DNA of 64,000 nt, from contig JAXHVD010000006.1 of the NCBI GenBank assembly GCA_034189385.1, forward strand, positions 32,001 through 96,000, read 5' to 3'. The notes beneath the pieces were generated by a model. It saw nothing but the letters and a program-made list of their open reading frames with translations. It was not told the origin of the DNA and did no database searches. Shown here in pieces: positions 49,168 through 59,683 of this stretch (the first letter of the stretch is position 1; each line of letters opens with the position of its first letter). The position numbers were made by a program, and so were the translations under genes. Source of the stretch: Thermodesulfobacteriota bacterium (GTDB lineage: Bacteria; Desulfobacterota; Desulfobacteria; Desulfobacterales; C00003060).

Positions 49168-49722
49168 TCATTCGTTGCCTTGCCTTTCCATAAAGGCAGC
49201 CCCTTCCTTAAGGGCCAAGGTGTTCATTTTGTGTATTTTTGATCCCTTTGCGGCAAAAATATCTTTTACGCTTTTCAAGATAGACTTCAATGAAACCACC
49301 CCGGTCTTCTGGGCAAAGGCCCCGATCATCACCATGTTGGCACCACGGAGATTGCCCAATTCGCTGGCAATCGTATTGACCGGTATAGACACAAATTCCA
49401 CATCCGCCCTTTTCGGCTTCAGATCTACGAGATCCTTGTTCAAGAAAACCGTCCCCCCTGGCTTCACCCTTCCTTCAAACCTGACAAGAGAAGGCGTGTT
49501 CATGAGCACCGCAAAATTCGGAAAAGAGGCCACAGGAGAGGCAATGGGCTCGTCGCTCACTGTAATGGTGCAGTTTGCTGTTCCCCCTCTCACTTCCGCT
49601 CCGTAGGAAGGCAGATAGGTCACATGCTTGTCTTCATGCATGCCTGCTGAAGCGAGAACGTACCCCATCATGAGGACCCCTTGTCCTCCAAAGCCTGAGA
49701 ATATGGTCCTGTTCATAGCCAT
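49168..49722 (-). CDS. 2-oxoacid:ferredoxin oxidoreductase gamma subunit
   Basis: SGFGGQGV, PSYGAEVRGG. Confidence 0.92.
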   Translation of the reverse strand: MAMNRTIFSGFGGQGVLMMGYVLASAGMHEDKHVTYLPSYGAEVRGGTANCTITVSDEPIASPVASFPNFAVLMNTPSLVRFEGRVKPGGTVFLNKDLVDLKPKRADVEFVSIPVNTIASELGNLRGANMVMIGAFAQKTGVVSLKSILKSVKDIFAAKGSKIHKMNTLALKEGAAFMERQGNE

Positions 49723-49781
49723 TGTCTAAGAAAATCTCCCACGACTCTTTTTCTTGGTCCGCCTTTTCTTTTTTCGTCCAT

Positions 49782-50534
49782 TCAATTTGCGGTCTGAGTC
49801 ATATCCTTGATCACTTTAAGAGGGTAGTTTTTGACAACCTCTTCCTCCACCCTTTTACAGGCATCAACCGATGAAAGCTTCCAGTTTGTGGGACAGGGAG
49901 ACAAGACCTCCACCAGGGCAAAGCCCAGATCGTCTATCTGCACCTGAAATGCCTTCTTCAGAGCCTTTTTGGTCCTGATGACATTTTTGGGTGACGTCAC
50001 GGAGGTCCTCTCTATGTAAACGCTTCCCGCCGCCACAGCCAACATCTGACTCAGGTCCAAGGGATATCCATCGCGAAGGGCGATTCTCCCGCCTGGTGTG
50101 GTCGTGGTGGTTTGCCCCAGCACCGTCGTAGGCGCCATCTGCCCCCCAGTCATGCCGTAGCACCCGTTGTTGACAAAAATAACGGTTAAACGCTCACCCC
50201 GGTTGGCCGCATGTATGGTTTCAGCCGTACCAATGGCAGCAATATCCCCATCGCCCTGATAGGTAAAGACCACAAGATCAGGACGGGCACGTTTTATTCC
50301 TGTGGCCACGGCAACGGCCCGTCCGTGAGGGGCCTCTCCCATGTCGACGCGAAGATAATCATAGGCCAGGACGGCACATCCGGCAGGCGGGACGCCCACG
50401 GTACTTTCGCGAATTCCCAATTCGTCGATGACCTCAGCCACAAGCCGATGAATGATACTGTGCCCGCATCCCGGACAATAATGAAAGACCTTGTCCCCCA
50501 GCGCCTCTGGTCTTTTAAATACCTGTTTAGCCAT
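49782..50534 (-). CDS. 2-oxoacid:ferredoxin oxidoreductase beta (TPP) subunit, VOR-like
   Basis: [30 protein letters not shown]. Confidence 0.93.
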   Translation of the reverse strand: MAKQVFKRPEALGDKVFHYCPGCGHSIIHRLVAEVIDELGIRESTVGVPPAGCAVLAYDYLRVDMGEAPHGRAVAVATGIKRARPDLVVFTYQGDGDIAAIGTAETIHAANRGERLTVIFVNNGCYGMTGGQMAPTTVLGQTTTTTPGGRIALRDGYPLDLSQMLAVAAGSVYIERTSVTSPKNVIRTKKALKKAFQVQIDDLGFALVEVLSPCPTNWKLSSVDACKRVEEEVVKNYPLKVIKDMTQTAN

Positions 50535-50638
50535 GGAGATTATTCTCCTCTTCTCCCATCTATAGATTAAGACCGGCGCCTTACGCCATTGTCTAGGGCT
50601 TCACACGCTGCACACAGGGCCCAGTAGCCCTTTGGTCT

Positions 50639-51724
50639 TTATCTTCCATCCAACCCATACCTATACATGAGCCTGGTGATGGCATCTGCTATCTCGCGGG
50701 GTGTAGATATGATGCCCCCCGGCCTGCCGTAAAAGTGAACCGTAGCCTGCTCCCCCACGCTCATTCTAACGTCTTCCACCATTTGACCGGCATTCATCTC
50801 AAAGACCAGGACATGCTTGATCCTTTCGGTTAAGGTCCTGAGTTCCTTCTCAGGAAAGGGCCACAGGCTGATGGGTCGAAAAACGCCCGCCTTTAAACCC
50901 GCCTCACGCAGACGATTGACAGCCCCCTTTGCGATACGGGCTGCCGTACCAAAGGCCACCACAGCCAGCTCCGCATCGTCGAGAAGATAGGGTTCATGCT
51001 CGGTCTCGCGCTCACAGATGGCGGCGTACTTCCTGGCCAGCTTCCAGTTGTGTTGCTCCATCTTGACCGGGTCTAGTCTCAACGAGGCAATCAGCCGGCT
51101 CTCCCTTCCTTTTGCGCCATCCAGACGCCAATCCTTCTGAGGAAGAGTAGCCGGGTCAATGGGATCAGGAAATATCACAGGCTCCATCATCTGGCCCATG
51201 AGACCATCCCCCAAAAGGATCACCGGCATGCGGTAGCGGTCGGCCAAATCAAAGGCCTTCATCGTGAGCGTCACCAACTCCTGCCCCGAGTGTGGGGCCA
51301 AGACAATGGTGCGATACCCTCCATGCCCACCGGCCCTGGTGGCCTGGAAATAGTCCTGTTGGCCTGGGGCAATGTTGCCAAGGCCGGGACCACCGCGCAT
51401 GACATTTACAATCACCGCCGGCAGTTCCATGCCCGCAATATAGGAGATCCCTTCTTGCTTCAGGCTGATCCCTGGACTGGACGACGATGTCATGGCCCGC
51501 GTACCGGTCATGCTGGCCCCCATGACCATATTGATGGCAGCCAACTCGCTTTCGGCTTGGATGAAGGTGGCGTCCTCCATCTTGGCAAACCGCCCGGATA
51601 CGTATTCGGGAACCTCGTTTTGCGGTGTGATGGGATACCCCGCATAGAAACGGCATCCGGCCACAATGGCTGCCTCTCCGATCACGTGACTGCCACGCAT
51701 GAGTCGCTTCTTTTGTTTAGCCAC
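50639..51724 (-). CDS. 2-oxoacid:ferredoxin oxidoreductase alpha subunit, VOR-like
   Basis: GYPITPQ, QAESE, TSSSSPG, RGGPGLG, EMNAGQM. Confidence 0.93.
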   Translation of the reverse strand: MAKQKKRLMRGSHVIGEAAIVAGCRFYAGYPITPQNEVPEYVSGRFAKMEDATFIQAESELAAINMVMGASMTGTRAMTSSSSPGISLKQEGISYIAGMELPAVIVNVMRGGPGLGNIAPGQQDYFQATRAGGHGGYRTIVLAPHSGQELVTLTMKAFDLADRYRMPVILLGDGLMGQMMEPVIFPDPIDPATLPQKDWRLDGAKGRESRLIASLRLDPVKMEQHNWKLARKYAAICERETEHEPYLLDDAELAVVAFGTAARIAKGAVNRLREAGLKAGVFRPISLWPFPEKELRTLTERIKHVLVFEMNAGQMVEDVRMSVGEQATVHFYGRPGGIISTPREIADAITRLMYRYGLDGR

Positions 51725-51986
51725 GGAACACCTCTATGGCAACTTCAGGGCACATAATGGCACAAAGCGCACATCCTGTGCATTTGCGCTTCTTACTCTT
51801 TTCACTCTCCGTGTATTCGGCAGGATGATACCCTTTGACATTCAGCCCATTGCTTATCTTGATAGATCCCTTGGGGCACGCCTCGATGCAAAGACCGCAT
51901 CCCTTACACAGATCTCTGTTGATCCTGATAAAGCCCTTCTTCAACTCCACATCCCCTCTGAGAGTCATCAATAAAAATGGAACCAT
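51717..51986 (-). CDS. oxidoreductase delta subunit (2x[4Fe-4S])
   Basis: CKGCGLCIEACP, CTGCALCAIMCP; the true start is probably nearer 51950. Confidence 0.9.
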   Translation of the reverse strand: MVPFLLMTLRGDVELKKGFIRINRDLCKGCGLCIEACPKGSIKISNGLNVKGYHPAEYTESEKSKKRKCTGCALCAIMCPEVAIEVFRG

Positions 51987-52134
51987 AAGACCCAGTTGCC
52001 CTATGTGTCAAGGGAAATTCCGGTAAACAAGAACAAATGTACCGGCTGCTATAGACAGTAGCATGGAGATACGTAGTTCAAGGCATCAGGCTTGACTATT
52101 TGGATGAAAATTCGATTCTCGATTTCCAAGGCGA

Positions 52135-52255
52135 GATTGAACCCTCCCCGCGGCAAGCCACGGGGAATCTTCACCGCAAGGATGTTGTCATTTTAACTAT
52201 ACACTCGCTAACCCCGCCGCAAGCAGCGGGGAATGCGCTCGCTTATTCGGTTCAA
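52135..52255 (+). repeat. palindromic MITE/REP-like element, long copy
   Basis: TTGAACC...GGTTCAA termini with two internal CCCCG..GCAAGC..CGGGG hairpins. Confidence 0.8.
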
Positions 52256-52309
52256 ACACTTCTTGGCAGGAAATTCGTTGACAACCCGTGCCGGACATTG
52301 TACCTAGAC

Positions 52310-52482
52310 GGCATATAGGCTCAGGTGCTCGTCTGGAGCTTAAAAGGAAACCCCGTGTGAGTCGGGGGCGGGCCCGCCGCTGTGATCGGGGACGAAAGCC
52401 GCACAATGCCACTGATCTGTCCTTGAGCGGATCGGGAAGGCGTGGCAAGTAGGATGATCCGATAGTCAGAAGACCTGCCTGG
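52310..52482 (+). ncRNA. cobalamin riboswitch
   Basis: GGTG..TAAAAGGAAACCCCGTG..GCCCGCCGCTGT..GCCACTG..GGGAAGG..AGTCAGAAGACCTGCC (B12 box). Confidence 0.93.
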
Positions 52483-52545
52483 CCCAAAGGGTGCCCTTCG
52501 CGGATTGAGGCAGGCCCATAGGTTTCGAGGATCAAACAGGGATAT

Positions 52546-52579
52546 CCCCGGATCGATTTATTCGGTCCGGGTTTTTTTT
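52546..52579 (+). terminator. riboswitch expression-platform terminator
   Basis: CCCGGATCGA-tttat-TCGGTCCGGG followed by T8. Confidence 0.85.
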
Positions 52580-52663
52580 GGGGTGCCGTGTAAAGATCTG
52601 GAAAATAATGTCGACTCTGGGCTGCCCCTTGCACATTTACTTTGAACATTTTAAGAAATTAAT

Positions 52664-54739
52664 ATGAAACCCCTTGAAATCATCCGCTCGCGCATTTTCT
52701 TCTTCTGCCGCAGCAACTCTGTGCTTGCCTTCCTTGTGTCGTGTTTCTTCATGGCAGTCTTTGTTCCCGGCTCAGGCGTCGTGCTTGCAGAAGAACTGGG
52801 GCAAGCGGAAAGGGAAACCAGCAACACAGAAGCATATCCGCGGTTTGAGCTGGACGAGGTCGTGGTGACTTCCACCCCCATCCAAGAGCCGGTCAAAGCG
52901 ATCCCGCGACATGTGACCGTGATAACAAGTGAGGACATTGAACAAGCGCCGAGCAATAACGTGGTTGAACTTCTTGCGAGAGAGGCAAACGTCAATCTGA
53001 AAAGTTTTTTTGGTCATGACAAGCAAGCCGGTATTGATATTCGCGGGATGGGAGAAACCAGCGTGAGCAACGTCATTGTTATGGTCGATGGCTTCAGGCT
53101 GAACCCCCCTGACCTCGCAGGTGTTGATTTTGCGTCCGTATCCTTGGAACAAATTGAGCGAATCGAGATCGTTCGCGGGGCCGCATCTGTGGTCTACGGT
53201 GATGGCGCTGTTGGAGGAGTCGTTAATATTATTATGAAGAAAGGGAAAAGAGAGCCTGAGGCCCGTCTGTACAGCGCTTATGGCACTGACGAAACCTTTG
53301 ACGAGAGAGCATCGTACGGGGGACAGGTAGAAGATTTTGACTTCAACATTAATGGTACTTACTACGACTCTGACGGATATCGAGACAATGGGTTTCTGGA
53401 AAAGAAGGATGCCGCCGCTCGGTTTGGCTACGATTTGAACGATTACGTCAGGGCGTCATTATCTGCTTCATATCATCATGATGAGTATGGTCTACCGGGC
53501 AACGTCCCGATTGAGGACATAGACTCAAGAAGCCGCCGAAAGGAAACCGACAGGCCTGATGATTTTGGAGAAACCGTCGACAGACGGGTCATGGGCAGCC
53601 TTGATACAGACCTGGTTGAATGGGGCTTCTTCAAAATCAACGGTGCATATCGTCAACGGGACAACGATTTCATTCTCGGGTACACCCCCTTGAAGAGCAA
53701 GAGTAATCAAACAAGCAAGATTGACGAAGAGACGAAGAGTCTGGATGTAAAGTATGTGAAGGAATATGGTCTTTGGGGTTTGGAACATGACTTCCAGGCA
53801 GGCCTGGATTACTACCAGACAGATTATATCAGTGCAAGAATAGATCAGAAAAGAAGACATAACAGCGATGTTTACAGCCTGGGCTGCTTCTTCACAAACA
53901 GGCTGTCACTTTCAGAGGATTTGACGGCCCATGTAGGATATCGATATAATATCTACGAGGGCACGTTCCGTGTGGACGATCTGGAGAGATTTGGCTCTGT
54001 GGATAGATGGGTGAATGGAGATGAATTTGACGAGAATTGGCACAATAGTGCCTATGACATTGGCGCTGTCTATTCTCTGACCCATGACACCTCCTTTTTT
54101 GCCAGCTGCGCCATGAGCTTCCGAATTCCAAACGTGGATGAACTGGCCCTCCCAGGTGATAATTTAGAGCCTCAAGAGGGAAGGCACATAGACGTTGGCA
54201 TACGCCACAGGATAGAGGCCTTGGCCGAGGTTTCCCTAACGCTCTTCCACATAGAGATTGAAGACGAGATCTTCTTTGACGCAGACAAGAATGTAAATCG
54301 GAGCTTTGACGAAAAAACAAAGCGGCAAGGCATTGAAGTAGACGTGAAGGCCTACCCAACAGATGCCCTTTATCTCTGGGGCAATTATACCTACATGACA
54401 GCAAGGTTCGACGAAAGCGACAGTTTTGTTCCACTTGTGCCCAGATACCAGGCGTCCGTGGGCGTCGAATGGCAAGTCTTTGACCCTCTGTTGCTTGCCG
54501 TTACAGGGACCTTTGTGGGGTCGCGATACGACGGCAATGATTTGGACAATGATACCTTTGCGAAAATAGATGCTTATGAAGTCTTTGACGTCAAGCTAAC
54601 ATACACACACAACGGCCTGAAATTCTTTGCCGGAGCGAATAATATCTTTGACGAGTTATACGAAACCCTTGCCTTTAGCGAAAGCTACTTCACCATGCCG
54701 ACGCGCAGCTTTTATGGTGGTATAGAATGGGTCTTTTGA
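52664..54739 (+). CDS. btuB: TonB-dependent cobalamin receptor
   Basis: DEVVVT TonB box, [16 protein letters not shown] plug domain, terminal Phe; riboswitch upstream. Confidence 0.88.
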   Translation: MKPLEIIRSRIFFFCRSNSVLAFLVSCFFMAVFVPGSGVVLAEELGQAERETSNTEAYPRFELDEVVVTSTPIQEPVKAIPRHVTVITSEDIEQAPSNNVVELLAREANVNLKSFFGHDKQAGIDIRGMGETSVSNVIVMVDGFRLNPPDLAGVDFASVSLEQIERIEIVRGAASVVYGDGAVGGVVNIIMKKGKREPEARLYSAYGTDETFDERASYGGQVEDFDFNINGTYYDSDGYRDNGFLEKKDAAARFGYDLNDYVRASLSASYHHDEYGLPGNVPIEDIDSRSRRKETDRPDDFGETVDRRVMGSLDTDLVEWGFFKINGAYRQRDNDFILGYTPLKSKSNQTSKIDEETKSLDVKYVKEYGLWGLEHDFQAGLDYYQTDYISARIDQKRRHNSDVYSLGCFFTNRLSLSEDLTAHVGYRYNIYEGTFRVDDLERFGSVDRWVNGDEFDENWHNSAYDIGAVYSLTHDTSFFASCAMSFRIPNVDELALPGDNLEPQEGRHIDVGIRHRIEALAEVSLTLFHIEIEDEIFFDADKNVNRSFDEKTKRQGIEVDVKAYPTDALYLWGNYTYMTARFDESDSFVPLVPRYQASVGVEWQVFDPLLLAVTGTFVGSRYDGNDLDNDTFAKIDAYEVFDVKLTYTHNGLKFFAGANNIFDELYETLAFSESYFTMPTRSFYGGIEWVF

Positions 54740-56397
54740 CGCACCAAGACATTGTGTCTGAAAGCTTCACGACGCGCGCCTTTCTCTTTGTTGCTTTCCT
54801 GCAAATAGCCTTGCCGGCTTCGGTCTTATCCGGGCCCTATCCCCCTGCCGCAGGGGAACCTGGTTCCGCGGCTGTAAGCAAAGGCGATCCCGCCATCATA
54901 GCGTGGGCCACGGGATGGGAGAACTATCTCGTGGGAGAGGAGGTAAGTGAGACGTGGCAGAATCCGCACAAGGCCCTTGGCCCTGCCGAGGGGACATTTT
55001 TTGACATCGTGAGCCTGGGGCGGGGCGGAGAGATCATGCTCACTTTTGATTGGCCTATAAGAAATGGTGAAGGTTGGGATCTTGCCGTATTCGAGAATTC
55101 CTTCAATGATACGTTTTTGGAGTTAGCTTATGTGGAAGTGTCATCAGATGGGACGCATTTTTTGCGCTTTGACAATGATTCCCTCACTGCCGATCCTGTT
55201 GGGGGGTTTGGCGCAATTGACCCAACCGATGTCTATGGCCTGGCAGGGAAGTACAGGCAGGGATTTGGAACGCCGTTCGACCTTCGGGATCTGGCGACGA
55301 AGGAAGCGGTTTTGAATGGCACGGTCAACCTCAGTCGCATTACTCACTTAAGAATCGTGGATATTGTTGGCGACGGAAGCTGCGTCGATACCAGTGGTGA
55401 TGTCATCTTCGATCCATATCCGACGGTGCAGAGTGCCGGGTTTGATCTGGATGCCGTTGGAATCCGTTACGAAAACACCACACCACAGAATAGTGCACCT
55501 GATCCACCTGTATTGTCTGCCCCCCCGAATGAAGCCACGGATGTTTCACTGACGCCCACTCTTGAGACAGAGCCCTTTTCTGATCCTGATGAAGATGACG
55601 TGCACCTGATGACCACATGGCAAATCAGCAAGGCCTCAGATTTTTCGAATCTCCTATTTGAAGCAACAAGTAGTGCACTACTGACTGAGTTGACAATACC
55701 GCGGTTATTGTTGAAGGCAGGCGAGACGTATTACTGGCATGCCAAATTCTACGATGGAGCGGCACTTGATTCCGACTGGTCAGAACTTCATATGTTTCAG
55801 ACAGTCGACCTGTTTGATGATGAAAATGCAAATGGGATTCCTGACGATCAAGAACTAGGGGTTGGCAGCACGGTGGATCTGAACAATGACGGCATGGATG
55901 ACGTGTCCCAGATTGATGATCAATTCAAAGTCTTTAATACGGTGATGGGAGAAGGACAGATCGCTGTTGAGGCGCCAGCAGGTGTCATCATCGAGAGGGT
56001 TGAGTCAATGGATCCAGACGGCATTGCTGATATCACTTCTAAACCGGATTCGATACCGTTGGGGCTGGTAGGCTTGATATTGAAGGTCCCTAATCCTGGC
56101 AACAAGGTTACTGTTATAGTCTATCTCTCTGAAGCATCACAGGAGAATGCGAGATGGCACCGACATGATTCGATCCGCGGGTGGAGCGAGTATCCAAATG
56201 CTACCTTTAGCCAAGATAGGCGGTCAGTGACCTTAGAATTCCAGGATGGCGCCCACGGGGACGCAGATGGCGCAGAAAACACATGGATAGTGGACGCTTC
56301 AGGCGTTGGCTCCTTTGTGTCGCCAGAGCCACCAGAAAGCGGAAAGGGTGGTGTAAGTGGTAACGGCTGCTTTGTTTCCACACTGCTATGTCAATAG
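54727..56397 (+). CDS. probable surface-anchored multidomain protein in the btuB operon
   Basis: Signal-like N-terminus; SLGRGG..DLAVFEN..VEVSSDG domain; Ig/Fn3-like middle; DGAHGDADG anchor-like domain; Gly-rich GCFVSTL tail. Confidence 0.8.
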   Translation: MGLLTHQDIVSESFTTRAFLFVAFLQIALPASVLSGPYPPAAGEPGSAAVSKGDPAIIAWATGWENYLVGEEVSETWQNPHKALGPAEGTFFDIVSLGRGGEIMLTFDWPIRNGEGWDLAVFENSFNDTFLELAYVEVSSDGTHFLRFDNDSLTADPVGGFGAIDPTDVYGLAGKYRQGFGTPFDLRDLATKEAVLNGTVNLSRITHLRIVDIVGDGSCVDTSGDVIFDPYPTVQSAGFDLDAVGIRYENTTPQNSAPDPPVLSAPPNEATDVSLTPTLETEPFSDPDEDDVHLMTTWQISKASDFSNLLFEATSSALLTELTIPRLLLKAGETYYWHAKFYDGAALDSDWSELHMFQTVDLFDDENANGIPDDQELGVGSTVDLNNDGMDDVSQIDDQFKVFNTVMGEGQIAVEAPAGVIIERVESMDPDGIADITSKPDSIPLGLVGLILKVPNPGNKVTVIVYLSEASQENARWHRHDSIRGWSEYPNATFSQDRRSVTLEFQDGAHGDADGAENTWIVDASGVGSFVSPEPPESGKGGVSGNGCFVSTLLCQ

Positions 56398-56412
56398 TCA
56401 TGCCGAAAAGCC

Positions 56413-57426
56413 CTAGCCCTTGTGTCTCAGTAGGATTCTAATAAAGACAGGGCCTCCTACAATGGCCGTGATGATGCCTACGGGCATCTCTGTGGGAGCC
56501 ACGACCGTGCGGGCCACGAGGTCACACAGGGTTAGGAAGGCGCCCCCCAGGCAGAAACAGGCTGGGAGCACCAGCCGATGGTCCGCGCCGGACAGGCGCC
56601 GCACCCCATGGGGGATGATCAGGCCCACGAACCCGATGGGACCGGAAAGAGATACGGCCGCCGCTGTGATGAGCCCCATTCCGATAATGACCTTCTTCTG
56701 CACAGCGGCTACTTGTACGCCGTGGCCTGCCGCCATGTCCCCTCCAAAGGCGAGCAGGTTCAGGGCATGCCCCTGAAAGAGGAGCAAACCCAGGCCCGGA
56801 ATCATGAGGGGTGCCAGGGTGAGCAACTCCCCGTAGCCTACCACGTCGAGCCCGCCCATGATCCATCGATCCATGGTAACGAGAAGATGGGGGCTTGCCA
56901 GATACCGGATAAGCAGAATGGCGGCCCCGCAAAGGATGTTGACGGTCACTCCGGCCAGGAGGATCGTGGCCATGGACACGCCTGCTGTCCTTGACGCCAC
57001 ACGATAAATCACCAAAATGGCGGCAAGACAACCGGCCAGGCTGAAGACCTGGACTGTGGACAGGGGGCCAAGGCGAAAGAAAAGGCCGGGGACCGAGATA
57101 GCCAGCACAGCGCCCACAGCCCCACTGCCCGACACGCCAAGGATAAACGGCTCGGCCAAGGGATTGCGAAGGGCGACCTGAAGGGCGCCCCCGGCCACGG
57201 CCAAGGTCCCGCCGACGGCAAAAGCCAGCATCACGCGAGGGATGCGGTGGTAGAAGAAGATATCGAAGTCCACGTTGGGTGCAGAAGAGAAGAGCCCGGC
57301 CAGGATTCGGGAGACCGACACGTGTTCTGTCCCCACAAGGGGAGCCACGGCCAGGACCGCCAGGGCGAGCAGCCCGTAGCCCACCAGGGCCGTTATGAGT
57401 CGCCGAGGGGTCATGACAGAGGTCAC
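56413..57426 (-). CDS. btuC: FecCD/BtuC ABC permease
   Basis: RIPR, RNPLAEP..LGVS, GPIGFVGLIIPH, EMPVG. Confidence 0.9.
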   Translation of the reverse strand: MTSVMTPRRLITALVGYGLLALAVLAVAPLVGTEHVSVSRILAGLFSSAPNVDFDIFFYHRIPRVMLAFAVGGTLAVAGGALQVALRNPLAEPFILGVSGSGAVGAVLAISVPGLFFRLGPLSTVQVFSLAGCLAAILVIYRVASRTAGVSMATILLAGVTVNILCGAAILLIRYLASPHLLVTMDRWIMGGLDVVGYGELLTLAPLMIPGLGLLLFQGHALNLLAFGGDMAAGHGVQVAAVQKKVIIGMGLITAAAVSLSGPIGFVGLIIPHGVRRLSGADHRLVLPACFCLGGAFLTLCDLVARTVVAPTEMPVGIITAIVGGPVFIRILLRHKG

Positions 57427-58235
57427 GGCGCGGTCTCCCCCTCTTTTTTATTCCCCGTTGCCGGGAGCACGACCGGCCTGTTGGTTGTGGGATGGCGTGA
57501 TACAACGATTTCCTCGCCATAGACTTCGTAGAGGATGTCTGGGGTCAAGAGGTCGCCGGGAGGACCCTTGTGGGTGATGGCGCCTCCGCTTACAAGGAGG
57601 AGGCGATGACTGAAGAGCCCTGCCAGGTTCAGCTCGTGGGTAACCACCACCACACCCACACCCGAGGCCACCAGATCGGACAGAAGATTGAAGAACCGAA
57701 CCTGGTGATGGATGTCCAGGGCGCCCGTGGGTTCATCTAGAAGGAGCACTTCCGGCTCCTGGGCGATAACCGAGGCGAGGAGCACACGCTGCATCTCTCC
57801 GCCGGAAAGATGAGACAGCGGGCGGGTCCGTAAGGCTTCGGTCCGGGTCTGAAGAAGGGCGCGATCCACTGCTTTCATGTCTTGAGCCGTGAGAAAACCG
57901 AACCCCTTGGCATGAGGAAAACGGCCCATGGCCACCACGTCTTCCACGGCGTAGTCGAAAAAGGTCTCCACCTGCTGGGGAAGGTAGGCCACATGGCATG
58001 CCATCTTCCTTCGGGTCATCTCTGCCGTCGGCCTTCCTTTCAAGCGAACGGCGCCGGCCTGAGGGGTGAGGACGCCTGCGGTTAGCTTAAGAAGGGTGGT
58101 CTTGCCCGAGCCGTTAGGGCCGATGATGCCCAGGATCTCCCCCTCTTGAACAGAAAAAGAACAGGGGCCCAGACGCCAGTCACTGCCGGCGTAACCATAG
58201 GTGACATCTTCCACGGTCAGAAGATCACTGGGCAT
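57423..58235 (-). CDS. btuD: ABC ATPase (BtuD/FepC family)
   Basis: GPNGSGKT, LSGGE, LLDEPT. Confidence 0.9.
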   Translation of the reverse strand: MPSDLLTVEDVTYGYAGSDWRLGPCSFSVQEGEILGIIGPNGSGKTTLLKLTAGVLTPQAGAVRLKGRPTAEMTRRKMACHVAYLPQQVETFFDYAVEDVVAMGRFPHAKGFGFLTAQDMKAVDRALLQTRTEALRTRPLSHLSGGEMQRVLLASVIAQEPEVLLLDEPTGALDIHHQVRFFNLLSDLVASGVGVVVVTHELNLAGLFSHRLLLVSGGAITHKGPPGDLLTPDILYEVYGEEIVVSRHPTTNRPVVLPATGNKKEGETAP

Positions 58236-59164
58236 TATTCATCTCCGTCCATCTCTGGATGGAGCGCTTGAGCGATGGCCCTGACGGCAAGGCCCATGCG
58301 GGGACCGGGTACGAGAAGAAAGTCGTCGGTGAGGATATGGATTCTGCCGGACTGGACAGCCGGGACGGTCCGAAGCACCTGCCAGTCTGAGATGAGGGCC
58401 CTTTTCTGCTCATGCGACACCTCCTCGCCCGGTCTTAGCTCCAGAATTATTTCTGGTTTGCGCTTGATCAGGCTCTCCTTGGAGACCTCAGGGTAGGGGA
58501 CGGCAACGTCCTCAAAGATGCTCCCTCCTCCCGCCGCTTCCAGGAGTTCTCCCACGTAGCTTCCTTTTCCTGCCGTTCCAAGGCCGGAGAGCCCTGCGGA
58601 AGATCGCCACAAACAGACAAAGACCCTGGGCCGCTGGTAGACGGATACCTTCTTGCGAAGGGCCCCCAGATCCTCGCCGATGTTTCTACAAAGGCGAGCG
58701 GCCCGTTGCGGGCACTGAAAGACCTCGCCAAGCTGGGTGATGGCACTAAAGACCGAAGAGAGGCTCTCCATGGCCACGTGGACCACCCGGATCCCTTTGT
58801 CTCTGCAAAAGGTGTCCACCTTTTCATGTTTGCCATGGAGGAGAATCAGATCCGGACGGAGGGCCAGGAGCCTTTCTAGGTTTGGATTCACGTATCCGCC
58901 CACCCTGGGCAGTGCTCTTGCTTCCGAAGGGAAGTTATCAAAGTCACTGACGCCCACGAGACAGTGTCCCTGCCCCAAGGCGAAGATCGTTTCTGTGATA
59001 TTTGGCCCAAGGGAAACGGCCCGAAGAATAGGTTCGGGGCACGCTTCCTGGGCGTCCAAGGCGTCACCTTGGCACGACGTGAGCAATGCAAGGCAAACCA
59101 CCAGGCCAAGGATGGCGGCCAAAGCACCGATCGTCCGTTTTCTGAAAACGCCCATGGTGCACAT
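58235..59164 (-). CDS. btuF: cobalamin-binding lipoprotein
   Basis: Lipobox LTSC, SLGPNITE..FALG, NLERLLALRPD, PGPR. Confidence 0.88.
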   Translation of the reverse strand: MCTMGVFRKRTIGALAAILGLVVCLALLTSCQGDALDAQEACPEPILRAVSLGPNITETIFALGQGHCLVGVSDFDNFPSEARALPRVGGYVNPNLERLLALRPDLILLHGKHEKVDTFCRDKGIRVVHVAMESLSSVFSAITQLGEVFQCPQRAARLCRNIGEDLGALRKKVSVYQRPRVFVCLWRSSAGLSGLGTAGKGSYVGELLEAAGGGSIFEDVAVPYPEVSKESLIKRKPEIILELRPGEEVSHEQKRALISDWQVLRTVPAVQSGRIHILTDDFLLVPGPRMGLAVRAIAQALHPEMDGDE

Positions 59165-59176
59165 CTCCCTAAGATG

Positions 59177-59207
59177 AAAAAACCCCAGACTGGCGGCCAG
59201 CCTGGGG
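59177..59207 (-). terminator. terminator in the btuF leader
   Basis: CCCCAGGCTGG-ccg-CCAGTCTGGGG followed by T6. Confidence 0.8.
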
Positions 59208-59406
59208 ATGTCCCTTTTTTATCCTCACACTGTTTGAGCGTCTGCAGCCCCACCCCGAAGCCGCTTATACCAAGTCGCATTCAAATCCTAGCTGCGTTGG
59301 CCTCGTCGGTTCTGTCCTCGACGTATTGCATATACGCCTGCGGGAAAACCTCCTTGTCGGCTTGCTATCTTTTTGAATGCAACTTGGTATTACACACGTT
59401 CTCTTT

Positions 59407-59595
59407 GTGGCAGGTCTTCTGGCTTCCCCTCCCTTTCAGCGGCCTTCCCATTCCGATGTAGTTGAAACAGTGGTCAAAGAATGCCGAAAGGGTTCCCTCT
59501 TAAGCAAAGGAGGGAGAGGTAACAGCGGCGGGCCCGCTCCCGAGTTTCACGGGATTCCCTATTAAGCCCTAGGAGGCACCACGTTGCTTTTGTTA
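59407..59595 (-). ncRNA. cobalamin riboswitch
   Basis: Minus strand GGTG..TAATAGGGAATCCCGTGAAA..GCCCGCCGCTGT..ACCACTG..GGGAAGG..AGCCAGAAGACCTGCC. Confidence 0.93.
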
Positions 59596-59683
59596 TGCCA
59601 GCCCTTCTTTTCTGTCAATAGAAAACAGGTGTTCCTCTGAATCCGTAATCGAATGACTTACCTGAAGACTGCGGATGGGTCTT

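Noticed and set aside
56522..57520. Long alternative-frame ORFs (e.g. 332 aa over btuC, 266 aa at 48806, 231 aa at 63004)
   Set aside because: Shadow ORFs of well-supported genes in GC-rich sequence, with no motifs.
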